A stretch of DNA of 64,000 bases, from assembly GCA_963828165.1 (NCBI GenBank), contig CAWHDR010000001.1:416001-480000 (forward strand). Direction: 5' to 3'. The position numbers and the translations under genes were made by a program. The notes under the pieces are model-generated. The model saw nothing but the letters and a program-made list of their open reading frames with translations, made no database searches and had not been told where the DNA came from. Below, in pieces: positions 38,485 through 48,390 of this stretch. The DNA is from an uncultured Chloroflexia bacterium. GTDB lineage: Bacteria; Chloroflexota; Limnocylindria; Limnocylindrales; CSP1-4. Within the stretch, counting starts at the first letter, position 1. Every line of letters begins with the position of its first letter.

Positions 38485-39412
38485 CTATTCCTCGGCGTAG
38501 AGGCGGTCGTACGCGTCGCTCGCGCGTTCCCACTTCGCGGCCTTGCCGTACCGCTGGACCATCTTCGCGTTCCGCCAACCGCCGAGGGCCATGAGGATCT
38601 CGTCGGTGGCGCCCTTCGCCTTCAGGTCGTGGGCGAACGCGTGGCGCAGTTGATGCGGAGTCACGTGTCCGACCCCGGCCATTCGCCCGCGACGTTCCAC
38701 CATCGCGCCGAGCGCGGCGATGGAAAGGGGCTGGCCCTGTAGTCCGACCCACAGGCGCCCGGACTTGCCGGCCTTCGACTTGCGAGCCTCGATGTAGCGG
38801 ATCAGCGCGACCGCGGCCTCGGGCGAGAAGCGCGCCCGGCGCGGGTCGCCTCCCTTGCCGCGTCGGATCAGCGCCCGACCCGCATCCGTGTCGATGTCCT
38901 CGAGCATGAGCATCGCGCACTGCGCGCGACGCATCCCCGAGCTGCGGAGCACGAGCAGGATGGCGAGGTCGCGCCGATCGAGGAACGTCGGCGGCTTGTG
39001 CTTGCGGCATGTTGCCAGCATCCGATCCAGCGCGGCATCCGACACGAACGGGCGCCCCGCATCGTCCTCGGGAACGACGATCGGCTTGATGCCCTTCATG
39101 GGCGAGTCCTTCAGCTCGCCCTCTGCCACGAGGTACGAGAACCAACCCCGTAGCCCCTGATAGCGCAGGCGAGCCGAGGCCGGCGCGTAGGGCAGATTGA
39201 GGAACTCGCGGACGTGCTCGGCACTGATCGCAGCGGGCGCCGTAGGCATCCCCTGCCCTGTCAGGAAGGTCCCGAACATGGCGCAGCGTGCCGAGGTAAC
39301 TACGAATTGTTCCGGGGCTCTTGCCCTCCTGTCGGAGCGCACGCTCGCAGGACAGCATTCCGGCGCCGAAGTCTCCCGATACGCCTTCAGGTGTTAGCAC
39401 CACTTGAGCCAT
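38485..39412 (-). CDS. Tyrosine recombinase/integrase, apparent +1 frameshift at ~39280
   Basis: Catalytic set SGMR, RGKG, HQLRH, GGW, QRY; N-terminal core-binding segment SPGTIRSY is in the adjacent frame. Confidence 0.92.
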
Positions 39413-39470
39413 AGCAGCACCCATTAACAGGGGGTGTTCGTGCGTAGATGCACGAACTGAAAGCATACGC

Positions 39471-39482
39471 TAACGACTCGTT
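39471..39482 (+). repeat. Putative attR core
   Basis: TAACGACTCGTT, about 60 bp upstream of the integrase start. Confidence 0.7.
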
Positions 39483-39513
39483 TGCGCGGTGTTCACTCGA
39501 TCGCGATCGCCGG

Positions 39514-39930
39514 TCAGCGTGATGCCTTCAACCGCTCGGGGAGCTCCATGTAGTACTCGACGAACTCGACGCAGCGGCCGTCGTCGTCGAATCGGAGCGT
39601 CCACAGGTTGAAGTACAAGTCGCGCAGCGAGCCGTCCGGATTCGTGTATCGGCTCTCCCCGATCGCCACGGCTCGGTCGCCGTCGACGGCGTACGGCTCG
39701 TAGTGGGCGGTCCAGCTGTCGGGATCGTCGAGGCTGCTGGCGTCGCCCGATGGTTCCGTCCAGGCCTTGACGATGGCCTCGCGTCCGTTCACGGCCTCCG
39801 GGTCATAGGGGTGGTACTTGTACGTGGCGTTCTCGGCGAACAACTCGCCGATGGCCTTCGGGTCGTACGTGCGCCAGGCCTCGACGTATCGATCGAGCCA
39901 GTCCTGCACAGCGTCGCGGCTGATGCTCAC
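39514..39930 (-). CDS. SnoaL/NTF2-like protein
   Basis: WLDRYVEAWRTYDP..IGELF, LRFDDDGRCVEFVEYY; GAGGAGG RBS. Confidence 0.85.
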   Translation of the reverse strand: MSISRDAVQDWLDRYVEAWRTYDPKAIGELFAENATYKYHPYDPEAVNGREAIVKAWTEPSGDASSLDDPDSWTAHYEPYAVDGDRAVAIGESRYTNPDGSLRDLYFNLWTLRFDDDGRCVEFVEYYMELPERLKASR

Positions 39931-39989
39931 CGGGACCTCCTCATCCGTATCTTCGGGCGCAGCTTCGCTCGCGTTCCTGACAGGGAGTG

Positions 39990-41486
39990 TCAGGAACCCT
40001 CCAGGACCGCGATCGCTCGGTCGAGCCGAGCGAGCGTCCGCTCCCGACCGAGCGCGACGAGCGTATCGAACAGCGGCGGCGTGGCGGTCCGGCCGGTGAC
40101 TGCGACGCGGATGGCCATGAACAGGTCGCCGGCCTTCCAGCCCCGTGCCTCCGCGAGGGCGCGCAGCAGCGGCTCGAGCTCGTCCGCCTCGAAGACCACG
40201 TCCCGCACGGTCGCGATGGTCTCGCGGGCAGCGCCCAGGCCGTCGATCGTGGTCGGCGCATCCCAGCGCTTGGGGACGAGGACGGCCGGGTCCGGATCGA
40301 CGTCGTCGACCCACAGGAAACCCGCGAGGTCGCCGATGGCACCCAGCGTCGGCAACCGCTCCTGGATGACGGGGAGCAGCGCGTGCAGCTCGTCGTCGGA
40401 CGGCATCTGCTCGATCCGCCCCGCGTCCAACTCCTTCCGGACGAACGGGCGCAGTCGATCGATGAGGTCGGCGGCGCTCAGGCGCCGGATCCATTGGCCG
40501 TTCAGCCACTCGAGCCGCTCGCGATCGAAGACGGCGCCGCCCTTGTGCACCTCTCCGATGTCGAACCGCTCGACGATCTCGTCGAGAGAAAGGACTTCCT
40601 CCTCCGTCCCGGTGGACCAGCCGAGGAGCGCGAGATAGTTGACCAGGGCCTCCGGGATGAAGCCTTCATTGATGTAGGCATCGATCGCGGTCTGGCTCTT
40701 GCGCTTGCTCATCTTCGTGCGGTCCGTGTTGAGGATGAGCGGCAGGTGCGCGAAACGGGGCACGTCGTAGCCCAGGGCTCGGAACAGGAGGATGTGCTTG
40801 GGCGTGTTCGAGAGGTGGTCCTCGCCGCGGATGACGTCGGTCACCTCCATCGCCGCGTCGTCGACGACGACGGTGAAGTGGTAGAGCGGGTTGCCATCCG
40901 CGCGGACGATCACGAAATCGCCGCCGAGGTTGCTCACGTCGAACTCGACGTGGCCGCGCACGATGTCGTCGAAGCCGACCACCCCCTCGCCGACCCGGAA
41001 GCGAAGAGCGCCGCGCCGGCCCTCCGCCTCGCGCGCGAGCCGCTCCTCGGGCGTGAGTTTCGCGCACCGCCCGACGTAGCGCGGCGGCTGCCTCGCCGCC
41101 TCCTGGGCCTTGCGATCGGCGTCGAGCTCCTCGGGCGAGCAGTAACAGGGATAGGCGAGGTCGTCGGCCAGCAGGCGCTGCGCGGCCGCGGCGTAGCTCG
41201 GCAGGCGCTCCATCTGGCGGTACGGCGCATGCGGGCCGCGGGCGGGCTCACCGGCGACCTCCGGACCCTCGTCCCAGTCCAGGCCGAGCCAGTGCAGCCC
41301 GTCGAGGATGTCCTTCTCGAACTCGAGCGTGCTGCGCGTGACGTCGGTGTCCTCAAGGCGGAGGATGAAGGTACCGCCGACATGCCGAGCGTGGAGGTAG
41401 TTGAACAGCGCCGTCCGCGCCGTACCGATGTGGAGCGGGCCCGTCGGGCTGGGGGCGATGCGGACCCTGGAGGGCGTTTCAGGCAT
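39990..41486 (-). CDS. gltX: Glutamate--tRNA ligase
   Basis: RIAPSPTGPLHIG, IRGEDH, KMSKR. Confidence 0.97.
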   Translation of the reverse strand: MPETPSRVRIAPSPTGPLHIGTARTALFNYLHARHVGGTFILRLEDTDVTRSTLEFEKDILDGLHWLGLDWDEGPEVAGEPARGPHAPYRQMERLPSYAAAAQRLLADDLAYPCYCSPEELDADRKAQEAARQPPRYVGRCAKLTPEERLAREAEGRRGALRFRVGEGVVGFDDIVRGHVEFDVSNLGGDFVIVRADGNPLYHFTVVVDDAAMEVTDVIRGEDHLSNTPKHILLFRALGYDVPRFAHLPLILNTDRTKMSKRKSQTAIDAYINEGFIPEALVNYLALLGWSTGTEEEVLSLDEIVERFDIGEVHKGGAVFDRERLEWLNGQWIRRLSAADLIDRLRPFVRKELDAGRIEQMPSDDELHALLPVIQERLPTLGAIGDLAGFLWVDDVDPDPAVLVPKRWDAPTTIDGLGAARETIATVRDVVFEADELEPLLRALAEARGWKAGDLFMAIRVAVTGRTATPPLFDTLVALGRERTLARLDRAIAVLEGS

Positions 41487-41546
41487 CCGCCGATCCTAGC
41501 AGCGGCTCCGTACCGCCTGACAGCATCCTCAAGCCCATCCGGCGGA

Positions 41547-42299
41547 TCAAACAGCCGACCCAGCGCGTATCGCCGTCGTCGGCACCTCGTGGAAGAGCTC
41601 CGGATCGGCGTCGCCTGGGAGGACGCGGACGAGGGCGGCCGGTCGAAGGCCGAGCGTCGCGCGTCCGAGGGGGCCGTCGAGGGTCAGCGAATCGAGCGAT
41701 TCGGAGCGAGCGAGGATCGTGATCGGCGCACCGGGCTTCAGCGCGCGGGCCTCGAGGTACGAAAGCAGGCCTGCATCCTCCTCGGCTTCCTCGGTGATGC
41801 GATAGACGGTCGCGCGCGAGCCGGCCTCGATCTCGGACAGGCGGACGCCCTCGGGTCGCCGTTTCGCGATGGCGGCATCGATGGGATTTCCGTGCGGGCA
41901 GGTCTCGGGATGGCCGAGCAACTCGTCGAGACGCGCCTCGACCCGCGGCGAGATCGCGCCCTGCAGGCGCATCGCCTCTTCGTCCGACTCCGCCCAGCCG
42001 AGCCCGATCACGCTCGTCAGCAGCCACTCCAGGAGCGCGTGGCGGCGAAAGATCGCGTCGGCGGCCGCCCGGCCCGCGGATGTCAGCCGTAGCTCGCGGT
42101 CGTCCGCGTGGTCGACCAGACCGTCGGCGACGAGCCGGCGGAACATCTCGCTGGCCGCCTGCGTGGTCACGCCGAGGTGACGCGCGATCTCCGCCGCGGT
42201 GGCACGGGTCCCGTCGCCCGCACCGGCCGTCACGCGAAGCGCGAGCAGGTACTCCTGGGTCGCCGCAGACAGGTCACGCGGGTCGTGTCGTCGTGGCAT
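41547..42299 (-). CDS. DtxR/MntR metal-dependent regulator with FeoA domain
   Basis: QEYL, RRHALLE, CPHGNPI. Confidence 0.92.
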   Translation of the reverse strand: MPRRHDPRDLSAATQEYLLALRVTAGAGDGTRATAAEIARHLGVTTQAASEMFRRLVADGLVDHADDRELRLTSAGRAAADAIFRRHALLEWLLTSVIGLGWAESDEEAMRLQGAISPRVEARLDELLGHPETCPHGNPIDAAIAKRRPEGVRLSEIEAGSRATVYRITEEAEEDAGLLSYLEARALKPGAPITILARSESLDSLTLDGPLGRATLGLRPAALVRVLPGDADPELFHEVPTTAIRAGSAV

Positions 42300-42303
42300 G
42301 ACC

Positions 42304-43743
42304 TCAGGATACGGGACGGCCCGGGCCCGCGACCCCCGGTGGCCCGCCTCGGGGCGGGTTGGTCCCACGGAACTCGCGAGCCGTGCCGAAGGCGAGCCCG
42401 ACGACCCATGCGATCACGAGCAGCCCACTCAGGGCGATCCGGCCGGCTGCCGTGTCGTCGGGGCTTCCAGTCGCCGACAGCAGCAGGGCGGCGGGGATCG
42501 CGGCAGCGAGCGTCGCCAGGGTGGCGACCGACGCGATCCGGGCCAGACGGCCAACGAGGATCAGCACAACCAGCGCCGCGATCTGGACCAGCCAGGCGGA
42601 CATGACCACCGCATCGTCGCAGCCCGCGGCGAAGCGCCCGCAGCCGGAGATCTCGCCGCCCACCCACCCGATCCCGAGTGCGATCGGTGCCCAGCCCACG
42701 AGGGCCCGGGCGATCCGGCCGATGGCTCCCGGACGGTCGTCGTCCAGCCACGAACGGATGGCTTCGAGGATGCCTTCCAGCGTGACGCCGGAGCCGAGGT
42801 CGCCGGAGGTCCCGGCATCCGACGAGGTGCCGGCGGCCGCGGCGGCCCCCCGCGTCGCCGCCGGGCGAAAGCCACGGGTCGCTTCGTCTCGGGGATCAGC
42901 CGCATCGCCGGGGGACCACGCGGGGTCCTCGCGGAATGCCCCTGCCGAGCGGCCGTGGCGCGATCGGGCGGTCGAGGCGTCTTCGGCTCGGGGCGGGGGA
43001 CCGGCCGTGGCCTCCCACCACGACGAGGTCGTATGCGTGGCCAGCGGCGGCTCATCGCCGTCCGGTACGTCCGACTCGGGCGGGACGCCGGGCGGCGTGG
43101 ATGCCGGGGGCGCGGGCGGCGGTCCTGGCGGGTCGATGCCCGCGTCATCCCGCCCGTGCAGCTCCCGTCGGGCGCGTGCCTGGTACTCCGGTCCATGCTT
43201 GCGCGGGTCGGCGTACTCCTTGGGGTTGAGCGTCCAGTACGTCCCCGACGTGGTCCCGTACCACGACGCTCCGCCCCAGTCCGGCTCGAACGGCTCGGCC
43301 TCGGCACCGTCGTAGGACGTCGAGCCCAGCGTGGCCTTGTTCGGCGGTCGTTCGGGTCGGGGCGGGCGCGCGCCCGAAGTGCCCGCCGGCGGGCGTTCCC
43401 ATGAGGTTCCGGACGGTCCCCGCGCTCCCGGGCCACCGGTCGGGCGCGACCGGCGCGGCCGTCCGCCGTACGCCCGATACGTTGCGTCAGTTCGGTCGCG
43501 ATCGGGATCCCAGGCGCGCCTCGGGCCTGCTGGTCGCGCCGCGCCCGGCCGACGTCTCCCCGAATCGGGGCCGGCGATCGTGTCGTAGGCCGCCTGGATC
43601 GCCAGGAATCTCGGCAGCGCTGCCTCGCCGGCCGCGTCCGGGTGGTTGGCCTTGGCCAGGCGACGATACGCGCGTCGCACCTCGTCGAGCGTGGCGTCGC
43701 GCGTCAGGCCGAGCGTTCGGTAGGGATCGGTGTCGGGGGCCAT
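42304..43743 (-). CDS. J-domain protein with C-terminal membrane region
   Basis: DPYRTLGL...NHPD; long Pro/Gly/Arg linker; about 4 C-terminal TM segments. Confidence 0.8.
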   Translation of the reverse strand: MAPDTDPYRTLGLTRDATLDEVRRAYRRLAKANHPDAAGEAALPRFLAIQAAYDTIAGPDSGRRRPGAARPAGPRRAWDPDRDRTDATYRAYGGRPRRSRPTGGPGARGPSGTSWERPPAGTSGARPPRPERPPNKATLGSTSYDGAEAEPFEPDWGGASWYGTTSGTYWTLNPKEYADPRKHGPEYQARARRELHGRDDAGIDPPGPPPAPPASTPPGVPPESDVPDGDEPPLATHTTSSWWEATAGPPPRAEDASTARSRHGRSAGAFREDPAWSPGDAADPRDEATRGFRPAATRGAAAAAGTSSDAGTSGDLGSGVTLEGILEAIRSWLDDDRPGAIGRIARALVGWAPIALGIGWVGGEISGCGRFAAGCDDAVVMSAWLVQIAALVVLILVGRLARIASVATLATLAAAIPAALLLSATGSPDDTAAGRIALSGLLVIAWVVGLAFGTAREFRGTNPPRGGPPGVAGPGRPVS

Positions 43744-43802
43744 CGTCGGATCTCGCTGGCTCGATCAGCTCGGACGGCTCGGACGCACGGCGCCCCGGGC
43801 CT

Positions 43803-44948
43803 TCAGCCGATGAGCTCCCCCACCGGCGCGAGCTGGAAGTCGGCGATCGATTCCGCACCGACTCGCCCATGCGGATCGAGGATCGTCGGCTTGTGATACC
43901 GGGCGAGGACGCGCAGCGCCTGGGTATCCAGTACGCCGGCCTGGCGAAGGGCTTCGACGGACGCAGCCCAGGTTCCGCGGTCATGGCCGTCGCCATCCTC
44001 GATCTTGACGGCCATCCCGGACGCGGCAGTCCCGTTCGAGTCGACACGCTGGCCGGGCAGGATCGCCATCCCGCGCAGGGCTTCCATCCCGGCCTTGCTG
44101 ATGACCCGGCCCGCGGCGGCCTTCATGAGCGACGTATCGAGGCGGTCGTGGCGGCCGCCGATCATCTCGGGGTTCGCCAGCATCGCATCCCGAACCAGCG
44201 TGAGTGCTGACGAGAGCGATCGGCGCGAGTCCTTGGCGGGGACCGCGCCAGGATCCGCCAGCAGGGCGTACGCCTGGGCGACCTGTCGCAGGGGGAAGGC
44301 GTACGTCTCCACGCCACAGCCATCGATGGCGGTCCGGAGCCGTTCCGGGGTCGTGCCGTAGGCGCGGGCCACCGCGCTGCGGTAGGCAGCCTGGGCCGGA
44401 TGCTGGGGCTCCCAGTACGTCTCGAGATCCCAGCCCTTGAGCCTGGACAGGAGCAGCGTGACGGCGTGCTGCCCCGAGCACATGTGGCGGATCGGGCTGG
44501 CCTTCTCGCCGTCCCTCGCCAGGCGGGCGGCGGTCAACGCGTCGAGCGGCATCCCCTCGTTGCCACATGCCAGCAGCGCCTGGCTGACGCCGGCTCGCCG
44601 GAACACGCTCTGGATCGTCCGGACGTGGAAGTCCTCGCCGCTGTGGGAGCTGGCCATGATCGCGAGCTCGGCGGGCTCCAGATCGAACTCCTCGAGGCCG
44701 CCGGCCTCGATCAGGGCCACGACACCGAACGGCTTGACGGTGGAGCGCAGGGTCACGAGCCGCTCCGGGTCGCCGAGCTGGCGGATCAGACGTCCGCTGA
44801 CATCCGCTTCCACGATATCGCCGCGGTGGACGCTCTCCTCGATACCGTTGCGCAGCTGACGGACGAGCACCGGCGTCTCGGCACGGGCGCGAGCCTTCGC
44901 GCGCGGCCGGCCGATCCGGGGCGTCGCGCGCTCGGCGGTGGCGGTCAC
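43803..44948 (-). CDS. Asparaginase II family (Rhizobium AnsA-type) protein
   Basis: RSTVKP, SHSGE..H, HMCSGQH, IDGCG, KIEDG. Confidence 0.88.
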   Translation of the reverse strand: MTATAERATPRIGRPRAKARARAETPVLVRQLRNGIEESVHRGDIVEADVSGRLIRQLGDPERLVTLRSTVKPFGVVALIEAGGLEEFDLEPAELAIMASSHSGEDFHVRTIQSVFRRAGVSQALLACGNEGMPLDALTAARLARDGEKASPIRHMCSGQHAVTLLLSRLKGWDLETYWEPQHPAQAAYRSAVARAYGTTPERLRTAIDGCGVETYAFPLRQVAQAYALLADPGAVPAKDSRRSLSSALTLVRDAMLANPEMIGGRHDRLDTSLMKAAAGRVISKAGMEALRGMAILPGQRVDSNGTAASGMAVKIEDGDGHDRGTWAASVEALRQAGVLDTQALRVLARYHKPTILDPHGRVGAESIADFQLAPVGELIG

Positions 44949-45139
44949 GCGGCGAGGATACCGCGCAGGGGTCGCGGAGGCGCGTCCGGGTGGTACGGGT
45001 GAGCGATGGCCCCTCCGGGCCAGACCGATATCGAGCGGGAGACTGGTACTGTGCGCCCAGCCGGGAGCACGCGCCCGGGTCGTGCCCCATGGAGGCCGTC
45101 CATTGCATCGAGCATCCCACCGCCCCACCGCCGATCGCG

Positions 45140-45948
45140 ATGACCTCTTCGAGGACCGACGAATCCTCCGGTGGCGTCCTCTCGTCGCGACGCTGGCCGC
45201 CGCCCTGATCCTCGCGTCGTGCGGCCGCGATCTGTCCGGGTTCTCGTCCTCGGCGCGGCCGACGGCGGCGCCGGCCGCGTCCCCCACCGCCGCCGTGATC
45301 GCTCCGACCGCCAAGCCGAGTCGGGCGCCGAAGGTGTACGACCTCGCGATCGCCGCCTTCGTCAAGTCGGTGGCGAGCAAGACGCTGAGCTATCGGATCA
45401 CCTACGACGGCAGGACCGCGCTATCCGCCGACACCCTTCCGATCGCCGGTCGGATGGACGTCTCGGGCGCAGATTTCGCGTCTTCCTGGACGTACGACCT
45501 GACCAGGGACTACGGGATCGGGAAGATCCGCGTCGAGGTCCGGGGCGTGAAGGGCAAGGGCTACATCCGGACCGACGGCGGATCGTGGAAGCCGATCAAG
45601 GGTTACGACGCGTCCGACAGCTACGTACCGTTCAAGGCCGTCACCGCGATCGAGGACGTGAAATACCTCGGTCCGGCGAAGATCGACGGCACCGAGTACC
45701 ACAAGATCTCGATCCCGAATGCCGTCCTGATCCATCCGACCACGCTCATCGGGGCCGTGAAGGAAGAGAAGATCGACGACTCCAAGCTGGAGCTCGTGAT
45801 CGACGACAAGGGCCATCCACGGCGAGGGACCTGGGAGCTCAAGGCTCGTGCCCGGGTCGGGCAGAGCGGGCAGCTCCAGCGGGTGGAGTACGAGCTCGAC
45901 CTGCAGTTCTCGAAGGTCGGCGCGAAGCTCACGATCAAGCGGCCATAG
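45140..45948 (+). CDS. Putative lipoprotein (LppX/LprAFG-like fold possible); start uncertain
   Basis: Lipobox LASC after a basic plus hydrophobic stretch; nearest ATG (45140) is off-frame by one base. Confidence 0.65.
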
Positions 45949-45988
45949 CCTCGGGTCGCCGGACCGAGGGCGGATGGCCCAGCGCCGA

Positions 45989-46867
45989 TCAGCTTTTGGC
46001 GGACCGGCCGGGGGACCCCTCCGCGTCCCGCCAGCTATGGGCGGGCTCGTACCCCAGGATGCGCCGCGCCTTCTCGATCGAGACCAGTGCCTCGTGCTGC
46101 CCGAGCGTCTTGCGGACCGGGACCCCGGGAAAGACCGCCGCGGCCAGCTCGGCGCTCGGACGAGTCATCACGGTGTCCGCGTTCGCGATCTGGAAGAATT
46201 CCATCCCGGTCGTGTCCAGCTCGAGTGCCTTGCGAACCGCCTGGGCGCCGTCGCGCGCGTCGATGTAGGTCCACAGATTCCATTTGCGCAGCATGGGATC
46301 GGCATCGAAGCTCGGGAAAGCAGCGTAATCGGCTGGCTCCATGACGTTGGAGAAGCGCAGCCCGATCATCTTGAGCTCCGGGTCCCACCGACAGAACTGG
46401 CGGGCCATCTCCTCCTCGAGGTCCTTGCCGAGCGAGTACGCCGTCTCGGGTCTGACGGGATATTCCTCGTCGGCCGGCAGATAGGGCGGCGGAGTATCGA
46501 AGGGGAGGCCCAGGACCGTCTCGCTGGAGGCCCACACGACGTTCCTGATGCCCGCGTCTCGGGCGGCGGAGAAGACGTTGTACGTAGCGATGATGTTATT
46601 GGCGAAGATGCGGTGGTTCGGCACCATGCCGGGACCCGGGATCGCGGCGAGGTGGACGATGGCGTCGACGCCGTCGTGGCGGCCGTCGATGCGCAGCAAC
46701 GCCTCGAGGGTCTGGCCGAAGTCGGTGAACTCGACTTGCGTCAACGGGGCGGGCGGATCGCCGGGTGCCTGGATATCGAGGATCAGGACGTCGTAGTCGT
46801 GCGCGAGCAGGTCGGCGACCACCGCTCGTCCGAGCTTCCCGCTCCCGCCGGTGACTGCGACGCGCAT
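45989..46867 (-). CDS. NAD-dependent epimerase/dehydratase
   Basis: TGGSGKLG, VHLAAIP, YSLGK (YxxxK). Confidence 0.92.
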   Translation of the reverse strand: MRVAVTGGSGKLGRAVVADLLAHDYDVLILDIQAPGDPPAPLTQVEFTDFGQTLEALLRIDGRHDGVDAIVHLAAIPGPGMVPNHRIFANNIIATYNVFSAARDAGIRNVVWASSETVLGLPFDTPPPYLPADEEYPVRPETAYSLGKDLEEEMARQFCRWDPELKMIGLRFSNVMEPADYAAFPSFDADPMLRKWNLWTYIDARDGAQAVRKALELDTTGMEFFQIANADTVMTRPSAELAAAVFPGVPVRKTLGQHEALVSIEKARRILGYEPAHSWRDAEGSPGRSAKS

Positions 46868-46894
46868 GCCCGAAATCATACGGCTGGCGGACAC

Positions 46895-46936
46895 ACGAAA
46901 GCCGGGCACCCACCGAGGTGGATGCCCGGCTCGTTT
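46895..46936 (-). terminator. Intrinsic terminator
   Basis: AGCCGGGCATCCAC/GTGGGTGCCCGGCT stem followed by TTC, just after the SRPBCC stop. Confidence 0.7.
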
Positions 46937-46947
46937 CGGGGTCGGCG

Positions 46948-47448
46948 TCAGCGCCCGGTCAGCAAGGCGTCGAGGCGGTCCCAAGTCTCGATCGCGCCCT
47001 CGGCCATGCCGGTCGAGAGGGCGCCCTCGAGCGCCTCGACCGACCCCATGTGGCCGATGGAGGTGATCTTCGTCTTGCCATCGACCTCCTCGAGGATGTG
47101 GGTCTCCGGTCCGCCCATGGGACCGACACCCTCGACGTCGAACATGAAGGTCCACTTGTAGCCCGCGGGCGGTGTGACCTCGAGGTACTCGCCGTAGAAC
47201 GTCACGTCGTCGCGATCGGGGGCGCTGTTGACGTAGCGCCACTTCCCGCCCGGCCGGACATCCATCTCGACGACCGTCGTCGTCGTGCCGTGCTTGCCCC
47301 ACCAGCGCGGGATGAGCTCCGGATCGGTGAGGGCCTTCCAGACCTGCTCGCGGGGGGCGTCGAAGGTGCGCTCGAATACGAGCTCGGCGTCCTCCGAATA
47401 GATCGTCGTCGTGTCGGTGCTACCGCGGTCGATTCGCGTCGCGTTCAC
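46948..47448 (-). CDS. SRPBCC/AHSA1-START domain protein
   Basis: ERTFDAPREQVWKALTDPELIPRWW, DVRPGG.W. Confidence 0.9.
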   Translation of the reverse strand: MNATRIDRGSTDTTTIYSEDAELVFERTFDAPREQVWKALTDPELIPRWWGKHGTTTTVVEMDVRPGGKWRYVNSAPDRDDVTFYGEYLEVTPPAGYKWTFMFDVEGVGPMGGPETHILEEVDGKTKITSIGHMGSVEALEGALSTGMAEGAIETWDRLDALLTGR

Positions 47449-47800
47449 TGTCGTCGTCCTTTCCCTGTTCCTGTACGTCCTGGAGATCACGAAGGTAGGT
47501 ATCCAACCGTTCGAAGCTTTCCTCCCAATGGCGCTTGTACTGGTCCACCCAGGCAGCGATGTCTCGCAGCGGTCCCGCCCGCAGCCGGCGCGGTCGCCAC
47601 TGCGCCTGTCGGCTCTGCTCGATGAGTCCGGCCCGTTCCAGCACCCGCAGGTGCTTGGAGATCGCGGGCTGACTCATGTCGAACGGGGCGGCCAGGTCCT
47701 TGACCGACGCCTCGCCCTGGGCGAGACGGGCCAGGATCGCCCGCCGAGTCGGGTCGGCGAGGGCGGCGAACGTGAGGCTGAGGGGGTCGGTCTGTTGCAT
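47420..47800 (-). CDS. ArsR/SmtB family regulator
   Basis: FAALADPTRRAIL, SQPAISKHLRVLERAGL. Confidence 0.92.
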   Translation of the reverse strand: MQQTDPLSLTFAALADPTRRAILARLAQGEASVKDLAAPFDMSQPAISKHLRVLERAGLIEQSRQAQWRPRRLRAGPLRDIAAWVDQYKRHWEESFERLDTYLRDLQDVQEQGKDDDSERDANRPR

Positions 47801-47815
47801 CGCCTATCACTACTT

Positions 47816-47862
47816 GGTTATATAACCTTTCGGTACTATACACGCGGGATGCCGCCTGTCAA
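47816..47862 (-). promoter_or_regulatory. Sigma70 promoter with downstream palindromic operator
   Basis: TTGACA-16 bp-TATAGT; perfect palindrome GGTTATATAACC at 47816-47827. Confidence 0.75.
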
Positions 47863-47906
47863 GCCCCTCGATCCTGATCCGGCGTTTCGCGGCCTTTCCT
47901 CGCTCC

Positions 47907-48383
47907 GATGACGGCGTCGAGGGGGCAGGTCGTCCGGCGGAGCGCACTGCGGCCGCGGCCGACCTGATCATCTGGACCGAGCGCCGCGTTAGGCGGGTCA
48001 ATGCCGAACACTTCACGTTCGACGCGTTCCAGATGTCCAACGGCCTCAAGGACTTGCTCGATGAGGTCGCTTCGGGCAAGGTGACCGGCGAGGAGGAGAT
48101 CTGGTCGCATACTGATCTGTGGGACTTCCAGTCGAATGTCGACGGTGCATGGGTTGCCTTCCAGGTCCTGCGGCACGTGGCCGAGTCAGAGGATCCCGAG
48201 CTCGTGACGACGTTGGTGACGCGATTCGACGAGCTCAACGCGCTCCTGGCTGAACATGGGTCGATCGAGGAGGGTTTCCGCTTGTACGACGAACTGAGCA
48301 CGGCCGAGGTCCAGGCACTCGGCGCGACCGTGGATGCCGTCGGTGAACCGCTGTCCCGACTGACCACGACGATCACCGGGTGA
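47907..48383 (+). pseudogene. efeO: 5'-truncated EfeO/EfeM (imelysin-like) remnant
   Basis: LLDEVASGKVTGEEEIWSHTDLWDFQSNVDGA is an EfeO C-terminal signature; no signal peptide or N-terminal part. Confidence 0.78.
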
Positions 48384-48390
48384 GAAGCTC

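Larger units (their letters stand above)
33119..39478. mobile_element. ~6.35-kb integrative element (satellite-like or integrative-plasmid-like)
   Basis: Terminal tyrosine integrase, flanking direct repeats, visibly more AT-rich orphan content, conserved host genes on both sides. Confidence 0.88.

Noticed and set aside
33119-39478. Calling the element an inovirus or a complete prophage
   Set aside because: No Walker-motif pI/Zot ATPase, HUH Rep, capsid, terminase or tail gene is recognisable.
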